Shown: positions 49,207 to 58,087 of the stretch, one piece after another
Layout: each line of letters begins with the position of its first letter
How positions within the stretch are numbered: the first letter of the stretch is position 1
IMG/VR virus record: IMGVR_UViG_3300025133_000019
Length of the DNA stretch: 64,000 bases
Direction: 5' to 3' (one strand)
DNA from: a virus
Lineage: Duplodnaviria > Heunggongvirae > Uroviricota > Caudoviricetes
Notes under the pieces: model-generated
Told to the model about the DNA's origin: nothing
The model's database searches: none
What the model saw: the letters and a program-made list of their open reading frames with translations, nothing else
Made by a program: the position numbers and the translations under genes

Positions 49207-49288
49207 AGCAGTACGTTGGAATTGGAAGACATGCAAGACTAAGAATTTTGTGCCTTTTGGCGTGAGGGTTCGAATCCCGCCGTCGCTA
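49207..49288 (+). tRNA. tRNA-Leu(AAG), imperfect acceptor stem
   Basis: CAAGA-CTAAGAA-TTTTG, variable arm, TTCGAAT T loop; mismatches in acceptor and T stems. Confidence 0.65.
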
Positions 49289-49357
49289 TATAATTTCTAT
49301 ACAAAGAGCTATTTCTTTGTTATAATTAGTAAAATAACTATTTATACAAGGAACATA

Positions 49358-49975
49358 ATGACAACACGTCTTGATTACACTTCTAATAACTCAGTAACAT
49401 TCTCCAGCCTGTCTCAAGTGACACCTTCTAATTTATCTCAGATATACGATTCTTCAGAACCGGGAGTACTGAGTATGGAAGTAAAAGGTTCTATTTCCAC
49501 AGATGGGTATTACACAATAACTAATTTAGAGGAACATCACAGGCATAACGGAATTCCTGACATCTTTTCACACTCAGATTTAAAAATGTCCACAGTATCC
49601 GAATTAACTATGCTTACGCAAGTAAAACAAGGCCACTCAGTTCATGTGGAGGAGACTGATATGACCTATGTTTTCACAGGAGAAAGCTGGGAAGAAAAAT
49701 GTAAAAGCTCCGAATTCACTGTTGACACGGGTTCTCACTCTTTCGTAGTTTTGGAAAAGCCCGAGGAAAATATAAAAGACTTTAATACTGTTGACGATGC
49801 TGCGAGAGGCATTAGTTTTTTAGAGCCTTTAAAAACTGTGCATGAATTACTTATGTTAGAAAACGTAGAAGCAGGGGATGCCAGATTTATCGAAGAATTT
49901 GATGTGTTAGTAGTTTTTTGTGGAGAGAGCTGGCTTCCTCTGATAAGTGCTAATAAAACATATCAATACTTATAG
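49358..49975 (+). CDS. hypothetical protein
   Basis: Start moved to ATG 49358 (AAGGA SD) to avoid the tRNA. Confidence 0.6.
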   Translation: MTTRLDYTSNNSVTFSSLSQVTPSNLSQIYDSSEPGVLSMEVKGSISTDGYYTITNLEEHHRHNGIPDIFSHSDLKMSTVSELTMLTQVKQGHSVHVEETDMTYVFTGESWEEKCKSSEFTVDTGSHSFVVLEKPEENIKDFNTVDDAARGISFLEPLKTVHELLMLENVEAGDARFIEEFDVLVVFCGESWLPLISANKTYQYL

Positions 49976-50019
49976 ACAATAGAACTATAATGAGTTACAA
50001 TAGATAAGAGGAGTTAAAA

Positions 50020-50256
50020 ATGGAACTCTCGGGACTGATATACTTAGGAGTAGGGATGGAATTAGCAGTACTGACATATCTAGTGCTAGGGATGATTACT
50101 GGTGGAGCTGTTTTGTATAAACTAATCACAGCTAAGCCCAAGGAAGATCACAACAAAGCTTTAATTTTTACGGTTAATTCTGTAATGGTTACGGTCTCTG
50201 TGGTACTCTGGATTTTGGTTGTTCCTGTTTTGATGTACTTGAAATCTAGGAAATAA
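50020..50256 (+). CDS. small membrane protein
   Basis: Two hydrophobic helices; GAGGAG SD. Confidence 0.6.
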   Translation: MELSGLIYLGVGMELAVLTYLVLGMITGGAVLYKLITAKPKEDHNKALIFTVNSVMVTVSVVLWILVVPVLMYLKSRK

Positions 50257-50495
50257 TGTGGGAAACGATAGCTAAATATCTATCTCTCCTATACTACACA
50301 GGATTTTTTATATCCTTTGCTTATCTTTTTGGTGTCAAACTCGGAGATAACTTCGGAATTCTTAGACAAAAAAACTGGATTACAGGAAGAGCTAGACCGC
50401 TAGGAGTACTGGTATTCTTCAGTTTTTTAGCTTCAGTATTATGGTTTATAACAGGACCTTGTTATCTATTGGTCCGATACAAACGGAGAATTTAA
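50256..50495 (+). CDS. small membrane protein
   Basis: Two hydrophobic helices; TAATG coupling. Confidence 0.6.
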   Translation: MWETIAKYLSLLYYTGFFISFAYLFGVKLGDNFGILRQKNWITGRARPLGVLVFFSFLASVLWFITGPCYLLVRYKRRI

Positions 50496-50729
50496 ATGGA
50501 ACCGAATTTTAAATCCCTTTTTTTAACAGTAACTTTAGGCGTGGGCATTATCTTTTCAGGGTTTTATGCTTTTTTTACTAGTCAACCCGTTGTTTCTTCT
50601 GATACTACTATCCATTGGTCTGAGCACACAAAAAAATTCAGTATTCAAGTAATTAATTCCGAAAAATCCTGTCAAAAGGTTTTGAGGATTGCTGAGACCG
50701 GGGAAGAGTTTACTTCATCTTGTGACTGA
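50496..50729 (+). CDS. small membrane-anchored protein
   Basis: One hydrophobic helix. Confidence 0.55.
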   Translation: MEPNFKSLFLTVTLGVGIIFSGFYAFFTSQPVVSSDTTIHWSEHTKKFSIQVINSEKSCQKVLRIAETGEEFTSSCD

Positions 50730-50730
50730 C

Positions 50731-51660
50731 ATGAATGAAATTAAAGATCTAAAAACTCTAGAAAAATCTTTACACGAATTCAATTGGGAACAAGAGCTAG
50801 AAAAATTCCGGCACAACCTAGCTTACGACAATTATCAAACTGATTTCGAAAAAGCTTATCAAAAACCTGTTTTTACCGAAGAGGATATGCCTATAGTACT
50901 AGCTATCCTGGGAGTATCAATTGTAGGAGGCTTTTGTCTGGTAGGAGCTTTTTTTGTGGGCATGGCTTTACAAATCTCTAGCTTAATGGCTTTTGTAGGA
51001 ATAGTGTTTGCTATTTCTTTTAAAGACGAACTCCTCAGTTTAATTCAGAGATCTATCTTAGATCCCAAGATAGACTGGGAAGAATATGATAAATACGAAC
51101 TAACTCCAAGAGATGTTCTCCAATTCCTAAGGACTAAGGTTGACGTAATTCTTAGCTCTTATGAATCCAGGGCAGATAATATTAACTCCTATTTTGCTTC
51201 TAAACAAGCTAGGTATGATGAATTAGTAGAAAACGCTGAGGAATACAAAATGTTAGGTGTAAATGGCTGCTTAGACGGCATTTACGGGCTAGACGAGATA
51301 ATATCTGAACGAAAACAGCAAGTAGGGTTAGTAAAAAGAGAGCTGTGCTCTCTTAGATCTAGATTCCAAGAGAAAACTCAAGAGCTAGAAGAAATTTTAG
51401 AAGTTCAAGAGAATATGGAAAATAGAGACCGTATTTTTAAGGAAACCCAGGAAGCAGGGGAAGAGTTGTCCAAAGAAATTGGGGAAGCCGAGAGTGTCTG
51501 GATAAACTTCATAAGCACTCTGAATTCTGATTTATCTTGTCTGGAAAGGTTTTCAACAGAGAAATTGGAGTATTGCAAGGATTCAGTAGAAGCAGAATTA
51601 CGACTTTCGTACTCAAATGTTGAGAAAGAGCTTGAGGCTCCTGCTGAATCTCTAGTCTGA
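50731..51660 (+). CDS. membrane hairpin plus long coiled-coil protein
   Basis: Two adjacent TM segments then E/K/L-rich coil. Confidence 0.65.
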   Translation: MNEIKDLKTLEKSLHEFNWEQELEKFRHNLAYDNYQTDFEKAYQKPVFTEEDMPIVLAILGVSIVGGFCLVGAFFVGMALQISSLMAFVGIVFAISFKDELLSLIQRSILDPKIDWEEYDKYELTPRDVLQFLRTKVDVILSSYESRADNINSYFASKQARYDELVENAEEYKMLGVNGCLDGIYGLDEIISERKQQVGLVKRELCSLRSRFQEKTQELEEILEVQENMENRDRIFKETQEAGEELSKEIGEAESVWINFISTLNSDLSCLERFSTEKLEYCKDSVEAELRLSYSNVEKELEAPAESLV

Positions 51661-52134
51661 CTTCATGTCAAAAAAGTCTTTAGGGGAAAAGTGAGAGTTA
51701 TCATAAATGATCTCTCTTATAGAATCCCTTTTCAGTCTTCCAGTGTAAATAGCTTCCCGGAATCTGTCTAAAGAGTGGCTTAAATCTGGATTAAAGGAAT
51801 TGTCGAAATTCTCTGTTTCGCCAGTTTTAATAGGATTTAGATCAGATGCTTTAGCTCGGAATACTATAATACACGAGTCCCCGTATTTTCTGTGCCTCTC
51901 AAGAAATGACCGGGCTTGTTCTAGATGTAATGTGGAATAAACTCCCAGTTTTTCTCTTCCAGCTTTCCAATATACCTTAGATTGATAATGAGAGGCATTA
52001 ACACCATTTCCTAGCCAATCCATAGCAGTAGTCACAAAGTTTGCGTGATAAACTTCTAATATCTGGTCAGACTGTAGATATTCCAATAAGTTACGTTGAA
52101 AATTATTGGCTATTATTTGGAATTTCTGAAGCAT
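51652..52134 (-). CDS. hypothetical protein, possible ADP-ribosyltransferase fold
   Basis: EVYHA, YSTLHLEQARSF, CIIVFR spacing reminiscent of ART strands. Confidence 0.4.
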   Translation of the reverse strand: MLQKFQIIANNFQRNLLEYLQSDQILEVYHANFVTTAMDWLGNGVNASHYQSKVYWKAGREKLGVYSTLHLEQARSFLERHRKYGDSCIIVFRAKASDLNPIKTGETENFDNSFNPDLSHSLDRFREAIYTGRLKRDSIREIIYDNSHFSPKDFFDMKSD

Positions 52135-52193
52135 GTTTAAACAAAATATTAACAGATAATCAATTAATTTAATTACTTATTTAGGAGGCTGCG

Positions 52194-52466
52194 ATGGAAA
52201 TTAAACCCTATAGTCAAATAGTAGAAGAACTTGAGGATTTACATAAAGAGATATTTGAAAAACTTCCGGGCCTTGTAGAAAGCTCTGTTAAAGAGAACAT
52301 ATACAAAGGATCACAAAAGTTTTCAATCACTCTAGAATACACCAAACTTCCTTCTTCGATAGAAAAAAAGATAGTAAACGCTATAACTAAAGCTGGATAC
52401 AAGAACATAACTCTTAATCCGCATGATAACAAGATTACTATTAGCTTTCATCCAGAATTGTTTTGA
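52194..52466 (+). CDS. hypothetical protein
   Basis: 90-aa ORF with AGGAGG SD. Confidence 0.6.
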   Translation: MEIKPYSQIVEELEDLHKEIFEKLPGLVESSVKENIYKGSQKFSITLEYTKLPSSIEKKIVNAITKAGYKNITLNPHDNKITISFHPELF

Positions 52467-52798
52467 AGAAAAACATAAAGCCCTCGTATCTCGATAGCAA
52501 GAATCAGATACAAAAGGTGGATACTTATAGGCTAACCAGCGTACCTTACAAAACCTACGTTCCCAAGCCACAACCTCCAAGAGAACCCGTTGCCAGCGGT
52601 TCTTCTGAACTAGAAGCGTTAAAAAAGAGAGTAGCTGAATTAGAAGCTTTGCTTGCTAAGGGATCAGGGTCCTTCAAAGAGATTACTTTAGAAGAGATAC
52701 TTGCTCTACAAAAGATAGAAGGCAAAGATACCGAGGATAAACGAGAACTGTTCAAATCTATATTGTCAGACAACCTAGATTTACAGGATAAACAGTGA
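52463..52798 (+). CDS. hypothetical protein with short coiled coil
   Basis: ELEALKKRVAELEALL. Confidence 0.5.
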   Translation: MKKNIKPSYLDSKNQIQKVDTYRLTSVPYKTYVPKPQPPREPVASGSSELEALKKRVAELEALLAKGSGSFKEITLEEILALQKIEGKDTEDKRELFKSILSDNLDLQDKQ

Positions 52799-54780
52799 GC
52801 ACGATAGAACAAGAAATATCTAGACTAATTCAAAAAGAATCAAAAATATTGGCTAGTTCTAAAAGAGAGATCGAGAGAGCTAGACTTAAAATTAAAAATG
52901 ATCCTTATAGTTTTAGGTATCTTTCCGACGCATTAAAAAATAATTTAGAGCTAGCTCGGTATGCGGTTGAGGAAGACCCCACTAATTTCAAGCATGCTCC
53001 TGACGAATTAAAAAAAGATTTAAAATTATCTGAACAGGCAGTTAAAAAAGATTCTAGTAATTTTGGTCATGCTCCCTATGAATTAAGAAACAATTTAGAA
53101 CTCGCTACATGGGCAGTTAAAGACGCTCCTTATAATTTTCATTCTGCTTCTGAGGAATTGAGAGGAAATTTAGAATTTGCTACGTGGGCGGTTGAAATAT
53201 CTCCAGGTAATTTCAAGTATGTTCCTGACAAGTTAAAAAATAATCTAGAATTCTCTACGTGGGCGGTTGAGATATCTCCTAGTAATTTTGAACACGTTCC
53301 CTATGAATTAAGAAATAATTTAGAACTGGCTAAGTTTGCGGTTAGGGAGGACTCCTTTAGTTTCCAACATGCTTCTAAAGAATTAAGAGGAAATTCAGAG
53401 TTTGCTAGATATGCGGTTGAGATAAAGCCCACTGATTTCAGTTATGTCTCTGAGGAATTAAGGCATAACACAGAATTTGCTAAATGGGCGGTTGAAAAAA
53501 ATTATAGTAATTTCAAGTATGTTTCTGAGGAATTAAAAAACGATTTAGAGTTCGCTACAGATATGGTTGAAAAAAACCCTACTAATTTCCAATATGTTTC
53601 TGATGATTTAAAAAATAATTTTGACCTAGCTAAGTTTGCGGTTGGAGAAGACTCAGCGAATATCACAAATGTTTCTGACGAACTGAAGAACAAGTTGCCC
53701 GACTCCCCTTTTCATGACCCTCATAAATCTCCGGAGCAAGTAGAAATCTCTAAGAATACTCCAGCTTCCTTATATGATTTAGTAAGGTATCTAAAGAAAA
53801 ACAATCTTGAATTCACGGATTGGGTTATCCTAGAAAAACTTGATTTAACAGAAGACAAACACACAAATAATTTAATCCGGGAATATAATCAAACTCATGT
53901 ATCTCCTCTTGTTAAGAAATTTGTTCAAAACCTGGATAAAAATCTATCAAAAAAAGAACAGCAACAAAAAATTAAGGAATACCGTGGAAAATTAAATTCT
54001 GAATTCAAAATTCCTGTGGAGTTTATAGTTGAATCTCGAAGTTTTCACTCCGAGAAAATTGTACCCGAAAATTTAAAACAGCCCAAAGATGGCTTATCTG
54101 AAATAGAAAAACGGTTCAAGGATACCAAAACTCTAGACATCAGTGATCCAGAAATAAGTGAAGCTATAAAAGAATTCAGAAATATAATCCTAAACAAAGG
54201 AGTGACTAAGCATCATACTTGGTCCGGAGATCAAAAAATATTTCCTAGCACAAATCACGTTATGATGCTTGTTATCCCTAAAGATATTATTCCTCCAAGA
54301 TTATATGAACTTAATAAGATCAGGGTAGACCATGCAATTTCTAAGAGTGAGCACCCATTTATAAAAGGAAACTTGACAATTGGATGGGTAAGATATACAC
54401 TAGGAAAAGACATTACTGGCAACAAAGATAACGAAGATGTTTGGATTGATGAGATTCAAACAGATTTCTCCTCTGTATTCGGAAAAGAAAATATGAAGCA
54501 AGTTTTTCCTATTGAAAAAATCTCTTATCTTTTGGTCAAAAAGTCCATTAAATTTAGAAGAGCTAAGGGATTTGAGAAGATTTACATTCCCACTTTTGAA
54601 TTATCAAGTCATTTATATGACAGAGAGGAGTCGTATGTACCTCCTTATACATCTATTCCTCAAAAACTGAGGTTTAAAAGAACGGAATTGAATGATTTCC
54701 ACAAAAAAGTTGATGGAAACCAAGTTTGGGTTCTAGCTAAGAAAAAACTAGACTCAGGATATACTTTTGATTGGAGTTAA
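52795..54780 (+). CDS. DUF4116-like repeat protein with WIDEIQ domain (member 4)
   Basis: Ten 25-aa repeats, then NLTIGWVRYT, VWIDEIQTDF, VWVLAKKKLDSGYTFDW. Confidence 0.82.
   Translation: MSTIEQEISRLIQKESKILASSKREIERARLKIKNDPYSFRYLSDALKNNLELARYAVEEDPTNFKHAPDELKKDLKLSEQAVKKDSSNFGHAPYELRNNLELATWAVKDAPYNFHSASEELRGNLEFATWAVEISPGNFKYVPDKLKNNLEFSTWAVEISPSNFEHVPYELRNNLELAKFAVREDSFSFQHASKELRGNSEFARYAVEIKPTDFSYVSEELRHNTEFAKWAVEKNYSNFKYVSEELKNDLEFATDMVEKNPTNFQYVSDDLKNNFDLAKFAVGEDSANITNVSDELKNKLPDSPFHDPHKSPEQVEISKNTPASLYDLVRYLKKNNLEFTDWVILEKLDLTEDKHTNNLIREYNQTHVSPLVKKFVQNLDKNLSKKEQQQKIKEYRGKLNSEFKIPVEFIVESRSFHSEKIVPENLKQPKDGLSEIEKRFKDTKTLDISDPEISEAIKEFRNIILNKGVTKHHTWSGDQKIFPSTNHVMMLVIPKDIIPPRLYELNKIRVDHAISKSEHPFIKGNLTIGWVRYTLGKDITGNKDNEDVWIDEIQTDFSSVFGKENMKQVFPIEKISYLLVKKSIKFRRAKGFEKIYIPTFELSSHLYDREESYVPPYTSIPQKLRFKRTELNDFHKKVDGNQVWVLAKKKLDSGYTFDWS
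52909..53696 (+). repeat. coding tandem repeat, ~75 nt x 10
   Basis: Unit NF.(Y/H)(V/A)S.EL(K/R)NN.EFA.(W/Y)AVE..P. Confidence 0.85.
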
Positions 54781-54781
54781 T

Positions 54782-55798
54782 ATGAGCACAACACATTTCG
54801 TAGGCATAGACTTAGGAACAAGTCGTACCAGCATAATAACAAACTCTGGAGCTAAGCATACCATTGAAACTGTGGTGGGCCATGCCAAAGATGCCATAAC
54901 TAAAAAAAGGTTTAACAAAGACTATTTAATAGGGGAAGAAGCCAGAAAAAACAGGCTTGCTCTTAATATGGTAGAACCTTTATCTGGCGGGGTTATCGAA
55001 GATGACGATAAGAGTAAAGAAGCCACTAAACTTATACTTAAGCATGTTGTTGCTAAAGCCATTCCAAATAAAAAGAAGGAAGATAAAATTTACGCTATTA
55101 TAGGGGTTCCTGCTTTAGCCAGTACCCAATCAAAAAAGGCTATTCTTGAAGTTACCAAAGGATTTATAGATAAAGTTATGGTAATAAGTGAGCCCTTTGC
55201 TGTAGCTTATGCTTTAGACAGACTATACGAAACCATTGTAATTGATATTGGTCACGGCAGTGTTGACTTAGCAAGGCTAGAAGGTACTTTTTGCACAAAA
55301 GAGAACCAGATAACCATTGACCAAGCTGGAAAGTACCTGGATAAATGTATAACCGATGCTATTCTAGAAAAGTATCCTGATGTACAAGTAACACCTCAAA
55401 TAGTGAAAAAGATCAAAGAGAAACACGGATATATAAGCAATCTTAGTGATCCTATTGAAATCGTGTTAACCAATAAAGGTAAACCCGGTAAATACGATAT
55501 AACCGAAATAATGAAAGAGTCCTGTCTTAAGTTAGCACAGCCTATATGCGATGCTGTTCAATCCTTGATATCAGAAGCAGACCCGGAGTTCCAAGAAACT
55601 TTTAGAAACAATATCCTGATAGCAGGAGGAGGTTCCAGGTTAAAAGGAATTGACAAAGCTATTGAGGACTGCTTAGTAGAATATGGCGGAGGAGAGGCAG
55701 AGTGTGTTCAAGATGCTGAGTTCTGCGGAGCCGAGGGAGCTTTTAAACTGTGTTTTGAAATGGACGAAGATCTCTGGGATCAACTCAACGAACTTTGA
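54782..55798 (+). CDS. MamK-like bacterial actin
   Basis: GIDLGTSRT, IIGVPA.AS, SEPF.V.Y.LD.L..TI..DIG.G, AG.Y.D..I..AILE.YP, NI..AGGGSR, W.QL match MamK along its length as I recall it. Confidence 0.8.
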   Translation: MSTTHFVGIDLGTSRTSIITNSGAKHTIETVVGHAKDAITKKRFNKDYLIGEEARKNRLALNMVEPLSGGVIEDDDKSKEATKLILKHVVAKAIPNKKKEDKIYAIIGVPALASTQSKKAILEVTKGFIDKVMVISEPFAVAYALDRLYETIVIDIGHGSVDLARLEGTFCTKENQITIDQAGKYLDKCITDAILEKYPDVQVTPQIVKKIKEKHGYISNLSDPIEIVLTNKGKPGKYDITEIMKESCLKLAQPICDAVQSLISEADPEFQETFRNNILIAGGGSRLKGIDKAIEDCLVEYGGGEAECVQDAEFCGAEGAFKLCFEMDEDLWDQLNEL

Positions 55799-56430
55799 AC
55801 CTGATCTAGTATTTTAATAACTTCTTCAGGACTATTTTCTTTTAGATCAAAAACTTCAAATCCAGGCGCTCCTTCTTTAAGTGAGTCGCCGTGGTAGTCA
55901 ACAGACTTTCTTCGCAAATCGAAATGCAGCCTGTTATGGTTGTGATCTACGTAATCAACAAATTTTAATGATCCATTAGGATTTGTGTTCATAGCGTCTC
56001 GCTTCCAGAAACTACCAGTCTTAGGGATATCTTCAAGGAATAGTCCCTCTAGAGCTGTTACAACTAAAACTGGAATCAAAGACATCCCTAGCTGCTCTGC
56101 TGCCTTTGCTCTGTGCCTGCCATCTTGAGACATAAGTTTGTGTCCGTAGTGCAAAACTGGGAGAGGAAACCTCTGACCTTTTGTCATGTCCTGTCTATAC
56201 TTATCCACAGCAGCATTATTTAAAGCTGGCAAAGATAAGTGTAAGCCAGATTCAAAGAGATAGTCATGTGGCGACATATTTTTAGTTTCCACCGTAACTT
56301 TCATGCTCTTAGCCAAAGATTCAGACCTTAAAAGCTTGTCATAAGGAGCCATCCCTGTTTTAGATTTGTCAAAGACATTGAGGTTGGAAAAACTTTTGGC
56401 TACAATAGCAAGATATCTGAGCATACTCAA
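55780..56430 (-). CDS. ParB/sulfiredoxin-like domain protein
   Basis: AVDKYRQDM..G..FPLPVL, QDGRHRAKAA..LG...IPV. Confidence 0.65.
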   Translation of the reverse strand: MSMLRYLAIVAKSFSNLNVFDKSKTGMAPYDKLLRSESLAKSMKVTVETKNMSPHDYLFESGLHLSLPALNNAAVDKYRQDMTKGQRFPLPVLHYGHKLMSQDGRHRAKAAEQLGMSLIPVLVVTALEGLFLEDIPKTGSFWKRDAMNTNPNGSLKFVDYVDHNHNRLHFDLRRKSVDYHGDSLKEGAPGFEVFDLKENSPEEVIKILDQVQSSLS

Positions 56431-56516
56431 ACCAAATATAAAAAAGCTATTGAAAATGCAGGTTTGTATGCTATAATTCGAACCAGAAATACTATTATAC
56501 TTAGGACACCCCTTAG

Positions 56517-56894
56517 ATGAAAAATTATACCGATGTAAGTTTAGAGAAGAGCAAAGATCCTATTGTTCAATGGATATTAAGCCCAAAAACAAGAGAAGAG
56601 ATCTCTGGAACTTTGACTTCTCAGCCCCTAACCCTAATCAGAGAGACATCTAGATTGTTTGACAAAAGGCCGACTACAACTGTTCCTGTACCCGCAACCT
56701 ATAAAGCCGGGAAAGACTACATTAGTTTTGAATGGGTAGGACGAGCATTTAAAGTCTCCTTGAAAGCCTATGACAATCTGATGCATTACTCTTTAGTCAG
56801 TGTTTCAAGTGGTAAAGAAGATAAAAGCAATATCCTTAGTTATGACTCCGAGTTGTGGGATATTATAAAAAAGGACTTAAAACGGGAGGCATGA
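56517..56894 (+). CDS. hypothetical protein
   Basis: 125-aa ORF, TATAAT upstream. Confidence 0.55.
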   Translation: MKNYTDVSLEKSKDPIVQWILSPKTREEISGTLTSQPLTLIRETSRLFDKRPTTTVPVPATYKAGKDYISFEWVGRAFKVSLKAYDNLMHYSLVSVSSGKEDKSNILSYDSELWDIIKKDLKREA

Positions 56895-56895
56895 T

Positions 56896-57768
56896 ATGTC
56901 AACACGAATTGCGACTCCTAAAGCTAGCGAGGAAAGCATTCTAGTTATTGCGGAGACTCTGGACGAATTGAGAGTGTCTAACAAATTTAGTAATAAAAGA
57001 GAAGTCAAGGAAAGAATAATATCACAACATGAGTCCAGTACTAGGAAATCCCTGATAGCTCAGATAATTAATTTTATGTTGAGCGACTCCGGATCTCTTC
57101 CCTTAAAATATCAGAGGGTTATTTTTGACTGGATTTCTGAGGATTCTGAGAGGCTTCAGAGATACCCCTCGGTAATTAGAATTTATGAAGAAACTTCCCA
57201 GAATAGTTATACCTATAAATCTGATCTTAGTAAATTACCTAGGGTTACTAAGCTAACTCAAGAACACGTAAACTTTCTGGCCAGGAAAATGGAACAATTC
57301 AAACAAATCGAAAGACCTTCCCCTATTAATATTTTCATAAAAACTTCTGTAATCCCAGATTTTGCTTCTAAATTTGGCCTTAGAATAGGAGGCCACTCTG
57401 CTAAAAGAATAAAGACTCTGCTAGCAATGGGAGGGGGATCTAGAAATTCCGAAGATCCTCGGTATTCCCATATATTGGATATGGTAGGTAATTACAAACT
57501 AGAAAAAGAGAAAGAGACCTTAAGAATCAAATCTGAAAGCCCTCTAAGCAAGATACAAAAATGCTTGGCTGACATAGAAACTCTAGATATTAAACCTCTA
57601 GACCAATTCACTGACCAAGATATACCAGAACTAGTTAATCTTAGTAAAACTGCTACGCAAGAGATAAAGAATAAATTACAGGTTATACTTAGACTAACAG
57701 ATCCACAATTTGTGTTGGATATAATGAAAAAATCTTTATATGAAAACTCTTCAGGACCTTGTCCTTAA
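56896..57768 (+). CDS. hypothetical protein
   Basis: 290-aa ORF with GGAGG SD. Confidence 0.65.
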   Translation: MSTRIATPKASEESILVIAETLDELRVSNKFSNKREVKERIISQHESSTRKSLIAQIINFMLSDSGSLPLKYQRVIFDWISEDSERLQRYPSVIRIYEETSQNSYTYKSDLSKLPRVTKLTQEHVNFLARKMEQFKQIERPSPINIFIKTSVIPDFASKFGLRIGGHSAKRIKTLLAMGGGSRNSEDPRYSHILDMVGNYKLEKEKETLRIKSESPLSKIQKCLADIETLDIKPLDQFTDQDIPELVNLSKTATQEIKNKLQVILRLTDPQFVLDIMKKSLYENSSGPCP

Positions 57769-58087
57769 TGTACAAAGCACTAGCTCACTAAGCAGTTACA
57801 AATATTCTATATACAGGCTGTTTTCCTTTGATAAAGTTCTTTTGTATGATTCAGATGTCTTTGTTAAGTGGATAGTAGGAGCGCAACTTTACAGGGATGC
57901 CAAACCTCTTTTCGCTATTACCCTGGAAAAACCTTTATGGGATGAGAACGGTAATCCAAATCAAGAACCGTTAAGACCTTTTTTCTATGAATCAAAGAAG
58001 ATACCTTTACACATAAGATCTAATATAATTTCCCCGCTTCAGCTTGTTAAAGTAGCTGAACAATCACTGAAGTCTAATTCTTTTTAG
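57740..58087 (+). CDS. hypothetical protein
   Basis: 115-aa ORF. Confidence 0.5.
   Translation: MKTLQDLVLNVQSTSSLSSYKYSIYRLFSFDKVLLYDSDVFVKWIVGAQLYRDAKPLFAITLEKPLWDENGNPNQEPLRPFFYESKKIPLHIRSNIISPLQLVKVAEQSLKSNSF

Noticed and set aside
48875-49357. Track ORF 48875..49087(-) and the first 36 codons of 49250..49975
   Set aside because: They overlap well-formed tRNA genes and are treated as spurious.
52909-53696. Regular ~75-nt repeats resembling a CRISPR array
   Set aside because: Repeats are in frame, degenerate at wobble positions and encode 25-aa helical units; there are no unique spacers. No CRISPR array was seen in the window.
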